Below are positions 45,379-57,884 of a DNA stretch of 64,000 nt, in pieces. Every line of letters starts with the position of its first letter. The stretch's first letter is position 1. Position numbers and translations under genes: made by a program. The DNA is from Phoronis australis. Lineage: Eukaryota > Animalia > Phoronida. The stretch is taken from contig NMRA01000376.1 in the NCBI GenBank assembly GCA_002633005.1, positions 155,564 to 219,563 of the forward strand, read 5' to 3'. Under the pieces are notes generated by a model, which did no database searches, was not told the DNA's origin, and worked only from the letters and a program-made list of their open reading frames with translations.

Positions 45379-48300
45379 CAAATTACACAGCTACCAATCG
45401 AGGTTGGGGGGCGCCATTTATATTAGTGAAGTGTCAACGAGGGCGGGCAAACGCTACGGCCACTGGACTGATTGTTGTCATTTCACCTCAACTACAAACT
45501 ACGATTAACTACGATAAAATAATATATAATACATGTGTATGCAATAGGAAACCAAAGTAGGGTCATTTAACTCCAACTGTGACACAACTGATCTTGTGGC
45601 TCAATTGAAGGTTACAGTTGCAGGTACCAATTCTGAGCCTGTCCAAACTAAGCCAATATCCACGGTGAACTGTTGAAATCAATACCTCGTTCAGAATTTC
45701 TTTGGGAAGATCCTGGGTGTTAATTAAGGTTACAGACACTTTCAGTTTGGGTGAAAACCGAGACCAAATTCTCTTCGGTGATTTGACTACCACGACTAGT
45801 CCTGCTCGGTCACAAATTTACCTATCCTGGCTAGTATACGAGCTCATACTCTGCCACGGCCTTGATTTATGCGGTACTTTCCAGCATTTCAAATGTTCTG
45901 AAGTGTCTTTAGCATGGCTGACTAAAGCCACAAATCGTTTGTGATAGCACTTGTTTGATGAAAATTCTCTAAACGAGCAGAAATGGCATTCGAACTTCAT
46001 TCTGTCTTTAAGAACATGATAGCCTCAAACCAGTTTTTAGAAATAACAATTCTTACAAATTTAAACTTCAAAGGAATTTATTTCCATTTAGTTAGGGGTC
46101 ATTGAGTGCACAAAATTTGGCATTTAGATTTTTGTTAGGATACCTATCCGTGTACAAAAAATGAAGTTGTTTTGAATTTTGACGTATAGACTGATTTTTG
46201 AAAATCTACTGGTTTGTATGGACTCACTGCTTCTTAAAACTTACTATTCCAAATAATAATACAAGTATGAGGAGTCACCTTTCTTATCATGTTGAAAAGC
46301 GATGGACCCCACGTGTCAATTGAAACTCAGAGTATTGAACATCCGATTATCGTATGAAAGGGTGACATAATAATTCAACTCGCACTACCCCACAAATCCA
46401 TGAGGGCTCATCAGGTGAAAACAAAAGATGGCCGGGAGTCGCGAGATGATTTAGAAAAAGCTTAATAGATAACTTGCAACGTTATAGTTCGAAAGAACAA
46501 ATCACCAAGGTAAGTGAAGATATGTATGGAGTATCATTTATGTCTTATCTCCTGCAAGTTTCGTTAACCAATGAGACGAGTTTACTGGATTCAAAAATCC
46601 GTTATTTCAGTAATCACAGTTTTTTTCTAACAGGCGCGCATGGCTGAGCGTGTTGAAGCCACACTAGCGTGGCTGGGGTGGTCGTCGAGGCCACCTTTAT
46701 AAGAGGAAGCGGAAGCAAACGACGCTGTCGATTTTTTGAAACTTTATATAACGATAGATTTCTTTTTTTTAAGTGGGAGTGCGAATTGTTGTGAAGGTCA
46801 ATTGAACAAAACAGATGATGGCTATTTTGTAAGTCAGATATGTTTTGTAACAACAGTGAAGGTAGAATATTCCAAATTTCCATGCCTGAAAAGCGTACCT
46901 CGACAAGACGTCGAGCAAAGCCAGCACAAGTGAACACTGCGTTCGACTGACCCGCATGAATGAAGCTTGGAGTGTCAATGGGCTGGCATAATTTATGAAA
47001 GGGCTCAAAAGCTGGTATCGTGGATATGCCGCTGCCTGTAATGGTTCATTTGCTTCCGAAGACAATTGATATATATTGATCTATATGGCAACGATTTCAG
47101 AGAAATATGAACAAACCACATCGTGGAGAATCTGTTGTAGTAACAGTCGCTTGTAAAGGACTTCCGCCACTGATAGTGGTTTTGCCTTTGGCGGTCTTCG
47201 CGGCAACGGTAACTACGGTAGGCGTGGCGTTCACGCAACTATCCATTGTACATACTGACAAAAAAAACTTCGTTATGGCAACTAATAGTGTATTATAAAA
47301 CTTTCCAAGCACAAAGTACAAAGTAGAAAAATTCTGTCGAATTTGTAGCACACCCAACACTAATTTTTCCTAAACCAGCATTTACGACAAATTTGCGAAG
47401 TTGTGTCGATTTATGGCTATTTTTTACTTATTACCACTATGCTTTAGTAGCCAGACTAAATTGGTCTGCAAAACACTGTTTCTTGTCCAAACCTCTCGGA
47501 AAGTGTCAGAAATGAGTTTCTTTGTCATTGAAGAAGTTAATTTAAACCCTTCCATGCGGTGCTGGCCTCTGGTGGCAAGCGCCATATAGATTCATTACAT
47601 TAGAAATCCGTATTGGTTGCTTGCGGTAAACAGTGTTGTACTCCTGTCAAACAACGTATATATTGATTTATGTAAGCAGGTTTTAGAAAATGTTAGGTAT
47701 CTTTAATCTACTGCGAGGGGTGGACTGATTTAACCATTTTTTGTATATGCAAATGTTCACTTGTGGTATTATTAATTGTTGTATGTCGATAGTCAACTCA
47801 CGTCTGGTGAGCTTCGGGCTTTCAAAGCCTGAAATGTGTGCTTCAGTTTAGTGAGTAGGCGTTGCGTACCTAATTCTGGAGATAAACTACAGTGTATGTC
47901 ATGTAAGGTATTCAGATATTGACAAAGAATATTGTCTTATCAGTTCAATAGTCCATCGCTTTAAAACAAATAAAATTCTGCTCCGTGACTCACATATGAA
48001 CAATAACTAACATCAAACGTTCTTTGTTGATATAAGATTTGGATTTGGATTTCAAATAAACAAGATTTAGTAACTGGAGAAAAATTTCATGCTCAAGAAC
48101 AGCTGTCCTAAAAAGATTTTTCGCAACAACAACGGAACTCGTTTCTGCGATGTGCAATAGGTGTCACTAACGTATGATGTAAATTATTTTCAAATCTGAG
48201 ACCACTCAATTGTTCATAGCCTGAGCGAAATGGCAGTTCATGTGAGTTTCAGAAACTCCGATTTCAAAAGTCCAGAAGTTGTTTGGTGAAACAACATTTG

Positions 48301-51300
48301 AACTTCCCCATTATTGTGTAATTTTTGGGCATATGGTCTCACATCGAGAGTGACACGCTTACATTACGTGTACCTAGTGCTTTCCATTTTGTCACCAAGG
48401 CCATCTTTGACAAAATCTATTGGTTTGCATTACCTACCGGTTTTTTACCTTCTCTGTGACCTGGGTACATGTATTTTACCATGCAGATGAAAGGCGTGGT
48501 CTCAAGTTTGTTGGCGATGTAGTTGAGGAAATTCTTAAAATTTAGTGTTCGAAGAAGTTTGAGCCTTCGTAGCTCAAACGCTGCGACGGCAGTAGGAGGA
48601 TTTAGTGGAGGGCGAAGCCAATGTAGGCGTATCCTCGCCCCATTCCGGTTGACACCAGTTTCTTCTACCAGTTCGAAGAAAGTACTACGAACGAAATGAA
48701 CTTATCGACGTTATTTCAAAATCATTGCCGTTGTGGGAATTAACCAAGCCAACTTCGTTACTTATGAGTCGGCTCTAAATTATCGCAACAACAGATGGTC
48801 GCAAATCGGGGCCACAGACCAACAAGGTCACCTGAAGGATTGTGAACTATTTTGTTTGTGTAGAGCTTTTAACGTGTTAACTGGTGTGTTTAATTCCACA
48901 TTAATACATTACAGTATCGCACCTTCTGTTTGTTAATTACTTACATTAACTTGAAAAACTACACAGGTACTTAACTGCACGTCATTTACACTAATGCATA
49001 GTTTACTCTACAATTAAAGACACACTCGTTAAAGGATGGAGTGTCTGTATTTAGCGATGTCGTAACAGTCAAAAAGCTTAACTGGTGTTAATTAAACTCG
49101 GTGTCGGTCAAGAAATTGTTTAATGAGCGAATGATGGCTGGACACTAAATGATTGATTGTGTGAATTAATATCATTAATAAGGTTGTGTCGAGCCCTTCA
49201 GAGTAAATTTACTATACAAGTGTTACCGACATTAGGAACAAATGTGTTGTACAATGTACACGTAACGGTGTGGAGTTCAGTGTCTCGTAGCTCAGAATCG
49301 TTGCATCCAAAAACATACCATGCATTCAAATTGAAATTTGAAAGCTGGTGGTTTTTAATCGTTTGTTCTCTACCACTTTAGAACAATACAGAAACTGAAC
49401 CACTTAAACACACAAAAAGTCTTCGTGCTCTGGATCTCTGCCTCAGTCAACGCATCATTGTCTGGGGTGCTGAACAGATGTTGTGTCGCGCCACCTGTTG
49501 TGATCAGGAAACGCTTCAGAGTGACGAACATGCCGTTAATGAGACGACACTGCGGTGACATGTGTTCAAATTGTACGCAATTACCGTCAAACTAATGCAA
49601 AACATCCACCAGCTTTGTGAATCTCAGCACCCCCGACGACGAGCTACAAGAGAACCGACGCAGTCGGTGTTAAATTATACATGATTGCATTCCTATACCG
49701 TGTTCTACGATGACGTAACAGGCCCAATTAACACAGCTACCTGTACAGAAGACACAGATTTGTTTATGTTGTGACACAATGGGTGCAATGAGATGGCTAA
49801 TCACTGGTGTCCCACGCGCTCAGACATTATGGAGACCATAAAGTGGCCTATTAATAGAGCTGTAGCGTCTCGCACACCTACATTGTACCATTAGGCTGTG
49901 CAGTGATAAATGCGTGATTGGGGGTTTCGTTTCAGTTTGGAATGATAAGGGGTCCGCTGAAGTTAGGTTCGGTGTTGCTAATGTTTTGTAACATGGTTAC
50001 ACACTGTGCAGTGCGTAATTTCGTTGAATATCCTTCAAGTTTCTGGGATAAGCGAGACCACGAAGTAAGTGAAACCCCGAAACGAAAACGCAAAGCTAAA
50101 AAAAAACACCAGAGGCAATATCTGAGATGGTAAAATACTTTCACGAGAGGGAAAAATACCAGCTCTTCCTATAAAGAAAAGTCCTTTCTGATCAGTTCAG
50201 CCGATTTCGTAAAGCTAAATGTTATGGTTGCCCAGGCCCTACAATGGAGACTTAAGACTCAATGAAGTTATTGAGAGTAATGATAATTCAGATTTTATTT
50301 ACTAATTTTATTCATTTATTTCACATATTTATCTCTTCATTAAGTAATCATATCACTCCATATGTTCATCTTGTTCATCTCTTATTCACCTCCAAGTAAT
50401 TTTCTCACTAACATAATCCCATCTTATTTTCTATAATTATATTATACTGCTTGTCATTCATTCTTAAATGTATAACTTTTTTGTATAGACGACCATAGAA
50501 ATAAGTTTTTAATTTTTTGGTGTAACCCTTCAACATACATGTTCTTCTTTATTTAGTTTAATTTTAATTATTTACTTATAATTTGTGTTTTTAAGGTTTC
50601 TTTGTTATTGTGCATTTGTGTTATCTAATAAACAAATCGAATTATAACTTAATGCGTCCGACCTTTCTGACAAAGCAGACAAGCTCCCAACTCGCTAATA
50701 AGACTAAAGGTACTTATTTCACCCAGCTTATGCCGAGGCGATATTTATTTTTATTATGTTAGGTTTCTCTATTATGTAAAAGGGACTACGTTTACTCAAG
50801 CCAATGGGTCCGAATATAGGGTTACTGACACCGCCTATGGAATATTTTCCGGGGGCGTGGGTTAGGATTTTGTAATGCAGGATTACTGTTTACATGTTCT
50901 GCACTGGGGTTTAGGGGATCGTAGCTGGAATCGCTTCCATCCCTCACACAAGCCGCTACAAAATAGCAAGCTTTCTACAATCTTGTGAACACTTCTAACA
51001 GAAATGAATTGCTTTTTCAAAAAAGTGCGCTAACGTAACTATTGTGTCTTTTGGTTTTAAGACAGTCTCTTTATCTGCTGTACAGTTTCGATAAAAACTA
51101 AAGGTGTGAATTTGAACAAAATTCTTTAAGGGGATAATACACCACGTTTTGGTGATTGTTTGCTCTCACTACCTCTGTAGACAATTTAAGCAGCGTTCAA
51201 AAACTCTGTCTTCACTCTGTCGAAAAATAGATTTATTTCTTCGAGACGTGCTGTCTCTCCTCACAGTCGTCCATTAACTCGGCCTAAGCGTTAGTAACGC

Positions 51301-52044
51301 TTGCCAAATAATTATAGTTTGCAAAGAAATTAAACTTTAAGGAATGTCGAACGTCTATAGAGCATTATTTTGTTTCAAAGATTTAAATGTTAAGTCGGCG
51401 TTAATATACATTGTACGTTAATAGAGGCATCCTGTTTTAGATGCTAATAAGCTTAAACTTTATTTGACGAGGTCAGTGGCTACATGCTTATTTAAGATGT
51501 TGCTTACACGAAATGGCCTGTTTGTCTCTTTTGTTGTTTTGTCAGTCAATTTTTTATATCCGAGAGCGCGCTCAGTTAAAATTGGTAAAATGAGTTCCCG
51601 TTAATATCGTGGCGAAAAGTCATTTCACCTCATGGCTTTGACTGTTTTCAGTACATACACGTGACAAGCTTTTTGGCCCGGAGCCCCTCCACGTTACTAG
51701 CCATCTCGTAAAGCATGGAATGGGAATAGTTTGTATAGTTATCACTCAATTTCATCATGATCGAGTTAAGTGAGTAATCATTTCATATGGTTATTTGCTG
51801 TCCTCTGTTATTAGAATTAATGTAAATCACAAATGTGCATCGTAAAACAATTATGTCATGATAAATTATTTAATCTCTGGCCACGTTTGGCACGAGTGCA
51901 AGTTTTTACGATTTGCGGGTCGAGTTTCCGTGCGTACGCTCGATAAGGTCACTCGGAACATCTCGGGTAGTCTACTTTCTTAGCCCCAAATTATCCATTG
52001 GGGGTGTTTCCTATCTGCGCATGTGCGAAAGTCAATTCACGATT

Positions 52045-52648
52045 CTCGCTAATTCCCTCCGTGTAGAGATCACACGCAGGTACCAATCGGTAGCACGCGC
52101 TTTATCACTGGTTGATGTAACTTCGGCAGTCATTGGTTAGCTTTACATGAAAGTGAGAAAATGGGGGACTGTGAACGACTTTTAGCCTTGTCATGCAAGG
52201 GGCGTAACACCAACCCAATTTCGTTTCTGCAGTAATGTTTGATAGCCGCGTCCTACATTCATGTACAATAAACAAACATCTGGACCATTTAACTGGTGTG
52301 TTATTCATACTATATGAATACAGGACAGCAACGTAAACAAAAGTCAGCGACAGTAGAAAGATGCACTCCGAAAAGGCACAACCACAATTTTCTGGGATTT
52401 GCATTTCTTGAACATGAATTTTAAGCACCGATTTGTCTGTACAACCACAGATACTCGTTAGTCTATGGTACAAAAGACCACATTTACACATCCTCCATCA
52501 GTCATGCCAATTTGTTTGCGCAAAGCGCTACTTGTTGAGAATTCGATCAGCCAATCAGAAACGCCGGTGCAAAAAAAAAATTCCCGAGGAAAATTAAATG
52601 ATACCTGCGTGCTGTCTGCCACCTAGCGGCACGCAGGGAACTAGCGAG
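52045..52648 (-). mobile_element. MITE family A, copy 2 (reverse orientation)
   Basis: Reverse-complement match to 1-563 (ttgcgcaaacaaa.tggcatgactgatgga, acagacaaatcggtgcttaaaat, gtaaagctaaccaatgactgcc). Ends are ctcgctaattccct / agggaactagcgag. Confidence 0.85.
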
Positions 52649-54537
52649 TCCACTATTTCGAGCTGAGCATGCGCAACGCCGGCGCAATCGCGTGGTCAAA
52701 AACTATGTAGAACAAACAAACTGATTTTTTACATTGCACTCTATGAAGACCGACAATAAAATGCAGATCTCTCTTCAAGTAGCGAGTAAACGTCGGAAAT
52801 AGCACTTAATGATAAATTTTCGCCATCAGTCCTTGAATACTGCAGGGTGGTTTGGACACAGAAATAGTGTGCAGATTATTCATGAAGTTAGTTTTATCTC
52901 CCAGATCTCTGCTTCCCTGGTCAGCCGATGCCGGGGTGATCGGCGACAGCAACAATTTGAAATTGCAAAATTTGAAGACTTGTCTTCTCTTTGGATCGAG
53001 AGCTAACTAACAGTATGAATACTGATTTTGGGATGGACTTTGTGAAAACGTGACTAGCCTTGTAAATTGTTGGTTTAATATTAAAATCATCGGCATTTTT
53101 AAATGAGCTTCAAAATCCTCTGGAAGAAAAATGAGTTTGCCTTCTGAAGATTTTGGGACTGTCATTATAGCAACCTTTTAACAATCTCGTCGATATCCTT
53201 GTGTAGGAAACGCACGTGAATTGGTTTGTTTACGCTACCACCTAGATAAACATTCCAGATGGTGGACGAATCCCGCGTGGACTCGTGTCAATGTCAAAAC
53301 ATAACATTGAATGAAACAGTTTGTCGCTATACAAGCATTGTCATGATAAAATTATCTTCTGCAGATAAGAACTGATTTCTGGTCAAGGAAAGAACTGGCA
53401 AATCGTTGCTGTTGTGGGCATAACTCTGAATCATCGGCTGCACTTGACAGTTTCGTCGGTTTCGCCTGGCCAACGGGCTGAGAAATTTGATTCACCTGTA
53501 ATCCGAAAATCGTCAACGAGAATCAATCAGATGTCTTATCCAGTTGACTCGGCGGATTCGGCGAAGTCAACCAAGTTCAGCCATTAAAATTGACACCGCA
53601 TCCTCATATGTTATGCGCCGAACGTAGTATATAACCAGTCACCGGCCAATTGGCGAAACCGACTCGACCGCGAGTCGGCTCATTAACAACTGCCAAACAG
53701 CATACGTTTACTTCGTTAGACAACACTGGCGTGTGTTTTCTTCTCTAGAGTCCACATTCCGCATTCTGAGACAAAAAAGCATGAAGTCATCTTGTAATAT
53801 TGAGCAACCAAAGTAATGCCAAGCGATTTTTTTCTGCTTTTGGAAACTCCTTGACAGTTCTGGGTGAGCAGACTCGGATGAGATGGTTTCGCCACCTGGT
53901 GACTGAACAATATGTCCTTGAAGAAGTAGAATGATATTATGACAGTAGGCTACAGCCGAATGCAGCGACCTCAGTCAACTTATTTGCTACCTGTTTTACG
54001 TTTTCTTTTTCATTTTACAGATCTTAATGTTATGCGTCTAAATATCAAAACTTGATAAATTCTAGAAATCAGTGACCTTATGAAAACATAAGTAATCAAA
54101 TATGATGTTTAAGAAGATACAACCCAACAGATGTTGTATTTCCCACAAACTAAAAGTAGACCCAGGTTCGTTAAAACGCAAGATCACGTAAAGACTACGT
54201 ACTTGAGATATAGCCACACGTTGCAACCGAGGCACGTGGTTGCACTTGGGTTTCTCGCAGGTGTCTACGGAACGTAAACTTCGTCGCGTGTCCTGCTGTT
54301 ACACCAAGGCCAGAGTAAGGCCAACGACGTGTTTACGATGTTCGCTGCCAGGTGAATACAAACTAAAACGTCCGGCGAAATTCATTTGCTGTTCGCGAGA
54401 TATTTCATTGTATATTTGTAGTCGTTTGTCGAGAAATCAGAAAATGGGATTTTGTGAAGAAACTGGGTGAAATTAACTACTTCTCTCGATATTAGTATGA
54501 GGCTAAGTCATTGTCATTGTTTAAATGTACAACTAAA

Positions 54538-54647
54538 TACCCGTCACTACATCTACATACCCGTCGCTACGTCTACATACCCGCCGCTACGTCTACATAA
54601 CCGTCGCTACGTCTACATACCCGTCGCTACGTCTGCATACCCGTCAC
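54538..54647 (+). repeat. 20-bp minisatellite (TACCCGTCGCTACGTCTACA) x about 5.5
   Basis: Head-to-tail units with 0-2 substitutions and no spacers. Confidence 0.95.
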
Positions 54648-55604
54648 GGTGTATATAATCTTTTTCCACGCACAATAAACCTAACTATTTTTTATTACAT
54701 TAAATTTTCTTGTCACTTTTTAAAACTATGTAGCCCGAGTCCTTCTGTGCAAAATGGCATTGTCTGCACAATCGAAATTTAACTATTTTGTTTCATTCAT
54801 ACTTATACTCAGCCAAGTGATATCATGCATTTCGTTTTTGTCTGCCTCGCACGATCATGCCTTCATTTTTCAGGCGCGGGAAACTTAAGACCGTCATTGA
54901 GTTCTGTCTAATCATTTTCTACCTATTTTATGTCGTACCACATTTCACGGAACTCCATACGTCCAAATACGAAAATATGAAACATTTGGATTATTGGTGA
55001 ACTTATGAATCTTAACAATTAACTTAGCGTTGTTGCTGTGTTTACGAAATACCACTCCATAACACTGTTGATCTTGTGCACGTGCAGCATCCTGTCATCA
55101 ATCGACATTGGGGCTAAAGGTCACAGTGACGTATTTGGGCTCGTGGTTAGAAACGAATACTGCAAAACTTCAGTCGATGTTCGTGAGACATTTTGTGATG
55201 AATGTGTGGAGCATTGTTCAGGAATCTTAAAATAGTAACGTAATTGAGGTTTTGAGTAGAAATGGAGCGAAATTAATAACTGCTGGTGAAAGTATTCATT
55301 GCAAAAAATGGAACGCATTGATGGCTTTGAAATGGCTTACGCAAACGTAGGCCAATGAGGAGAAGATAAAAATTTATATTATACGTGTAGATGCGTCTGT
55401 ATCCGGAATCAGGTGTGCGTCAAAATGTGAAACACTTGAGTACAACCGAAGACAAACGTTTTAAAATATTATTCGAATGAGTGAAAACGTGACTTCTCAG
55501 TCCGTTACAAAATGGTAGACGTTGACATGTGCTCAATTCAACATCAACTAGAAGGACTAAGTAATATTTATTTTTGTAGTGACATTGCTGTACAGCCACA
55601 AGAA

Positions 55605-55631
55605 ACACACACGCGCGCGCACACACACACA

Positions 55632-55683
<52 letters not shown>

Positions 55684-55698
55684 CACACACACACACAC
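55605..55698. repeat. (CA)n microsatellite
   Basis: Long interrupted acacac run. Confidence 0.95.
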
Positions 55699-55897
55699 GA
55701 ACGTACGCGAGAGCACACGCACGCATGAACGCACACACGTAGTAAAAGCTAACGCCATTGGCTTTTAAGTCGCTTTGAAATATGGTAGCAAAAATGTAAA
55801 AATACTAAGAACGCACAAAAGCAACACCCAGTTTACGAAATATCTTTGAAGAAAGCGCATTGTTTCGGATACAACAATGCGCATACGTATAGGCCCT

Positions 55898-56139
55898 CAG
55901 TGGCAGATCTACGTTTTCAGTAAGGGGGAGTTTAGGATTCGAGCGAATCCGAGGCGCATAGCGCCGAACGGAAGGAAGGTCGGGAGGGGGTTTCCCCCTC
56001 CCGTGTAAGATTTTTTGTGGTTTTTAGTAGCTGATTTCGTTTTTCTGGCGAATTTTTTTTTTCAATTTTTATTTTTGATCCTGTCTCGAGGGGGATTTGA
56101 ACCCCCTGAACGCCCTTCCTCCCTGTAGATCCGCCTCTG
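55898..56139. mobile_element. MITE with CAGTGGC-type TIR and 5-bp TSD (hAT5-like)
   Basis: gccct|cagtggcagatctac ... gtagatccgcctctg|gccct. Confidence 0.7.
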
Positions 56140-56971
56140 GCCCTACATACACGCTAATAACACTAAACAGGTGGGGGATAACATTCCAGCCCGACGACAT
56201 TTACATGAACTATAGGATATGTCAGCATGGTTGTAAATGGGACTGAGAGTTCATGACCGCAAGATATTTATAGAATTTTCGAAATAACGACTAATTTTAG
56301 TTGGGCACGACACCATATACCAAATCTTTCTCGTCAGAAATTATAACTCCACTTTCGAAGAATGTCAGTCTTGGAAGTGTGAAATGTCCAGGTGGCAGCT
56401 ATATGGATATGGCCTACTACAGGATTTCTGGTCTGTTGTCTTGATTGTTTTTTAATGTGAAAATCATTAGATAAAAATTGGCGATACATTTTAATGCAAG
56501 ATTAGTTAGGACTGTCTAAGGTGTTGAAAAGGATTGTGTAATCACTTGCTCGTGTGTGTGTGGATAGTAATTATGTTTTTGTGTGTGTCGTTTGGTTTCT
56601 TGAATTGTTGAAGTCCCATTTAGCTAATGTCAAAACCTAATGAGAATAGCAAGTTATGAATGTTTGTGAATGTGAATAAAGGAGAATGCCTGTAGGTTCT
56701 GAGCGAGTATATTTAAAACACCAAATCTTGGTTAGTGCTCATAAATTGGAGACTGACCGCGATAAAGTGTAAGTGGGTCAAATATGATTCATAAAATGTT
56801 AATGCTTAACATAAATAAGTGTTTGGCCGCTTTAACTAAGCTAAGATGTGAATAGTGCAGTTGTGCTTTAAACGTCACGAATTCATCTTTATTGGCAGAA
56901 ATTCTTTAAAGAAAGTTTGCTGATCTTGGAAATATGTCTAACAACTTGGGGTTGTGTAGCGTCTTGTCGGC

Positions 56972-57210
56972 AAGTCTGTTTATTTAGCCAAATGTCTACA
57001 AAACTATAGAAATCAACTCAGTCTGTAAAAGTATGAATTTTCTGAAAGTAGAAAGCCCTTGATCTTTAAATTCAGAAAAATGCTTATTTTTTGGCCTACA
57101 TTACCATGCCTTTTAGTAAAATTTAACAAAAAGAAAGGTACATTCATTGAATAACATGAACAAATTTTCTAAAATATGTAATTTCATTTTCGTTTTATGC
57201 AACTTTTGAT
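56972..57210 (+). repeat. Interspersed repeat family B, copy 2
   Basis: Homologous to 1078-1400. Confidence 0.7.
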
Positions 57211-57753
57211 TTTTCTTCTCATCAGTTTGTGATCGACAATTGGAAACAGGTAGCATCTAATCAGCTTGTTTAGCAGACGATCGCCTGCGTAACACTTTCG
57301 GGATTTTTAACTAGAGGATGTGGATGCGCACACATCGATTTTCGCTATTTGAAAAGGTCAATTTATACCCCTACCAAAAACTGCATACTGTTCTTTGTTT
57401 AGTGCATAATTATGCGATTGTTTCAGTTTTACCGAAATTTCTTGTTTCAGCAATTTTCTTTTCGAATTGCACAGGCAAGTCGTTTTTTCATGCAGCAACG
57501 GCAAAGGTATAGCAGACACTAAACATTAATGCAAGTTATTTCAGCACATCCTGCACTATCCATGGTGCTCTGGAACGTGAAAACAAAAAAATGTAAAAAT
57601 AGATAACCTTCGCACTCAATATGACGTACTTGCTTACCCACATAATGGCAACATCATGGCAGCCTCATTCACAAGCACTGCTACGTCATGGTACAAGTAC
57701 AGAACACGTACATATACGGGTCAATGCTTTTCGCCGGATCATTTTCACCACAC

Positions 57754-57884
57754 CAGGGGCGGATCCAGGATTCTGAGTTGGGCCAGGGCAGAGGATTTTG
57801 TCGGTTGGACATTCGTACCCCCGAACTGCCAAATGGAATCTGGGAGAATTTTAGGGGGCATGGCCCCATCTAAATCCGCCACTG
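57754..57884. mobile_element. Short MITE with CAGGGGCGGAT/ATCCGCCACTG TIR (related to the 55898 element)
   Basis: caggggcggat ... atccgccactg inverted ends; no clear TSD. Confidence 0.6.

Noticed and set aside
52105-52491. 128-aa ORF (and 17-208) as a gene
   Set aside because: It lies within MITE family A, and the reading frame is not conserved between the two copies.
48719-53426. Similar 25-bp segments (IIAVVGI at about 48720 vs IVAVVGI at about 53401) as duplicated exons
   Set aside because: The similarity does not extend beyond about 25 nt and the flanking frames are closed; probably chance.
54538-54647. Regular 20-bp repeats as a possible CRISPR array
   Set aside because: The units are head-to-tail with no unique spacers, there are no cas genes, and the context is eukaryotic: an ordinary minisatellite.
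55028-55226. In-frame TGA in a minus-strand exon-like block as possible selenocysteine
   Set aside because: No redox (CxxU) context, no recognisable selenoprotein fold, no SECIS seen and only a non-canonical donor.
55420-55758. ORFs with HT/CV repeats (also 17155-17379)
   Set aside because: These are translations of CA/GT microsatellites.
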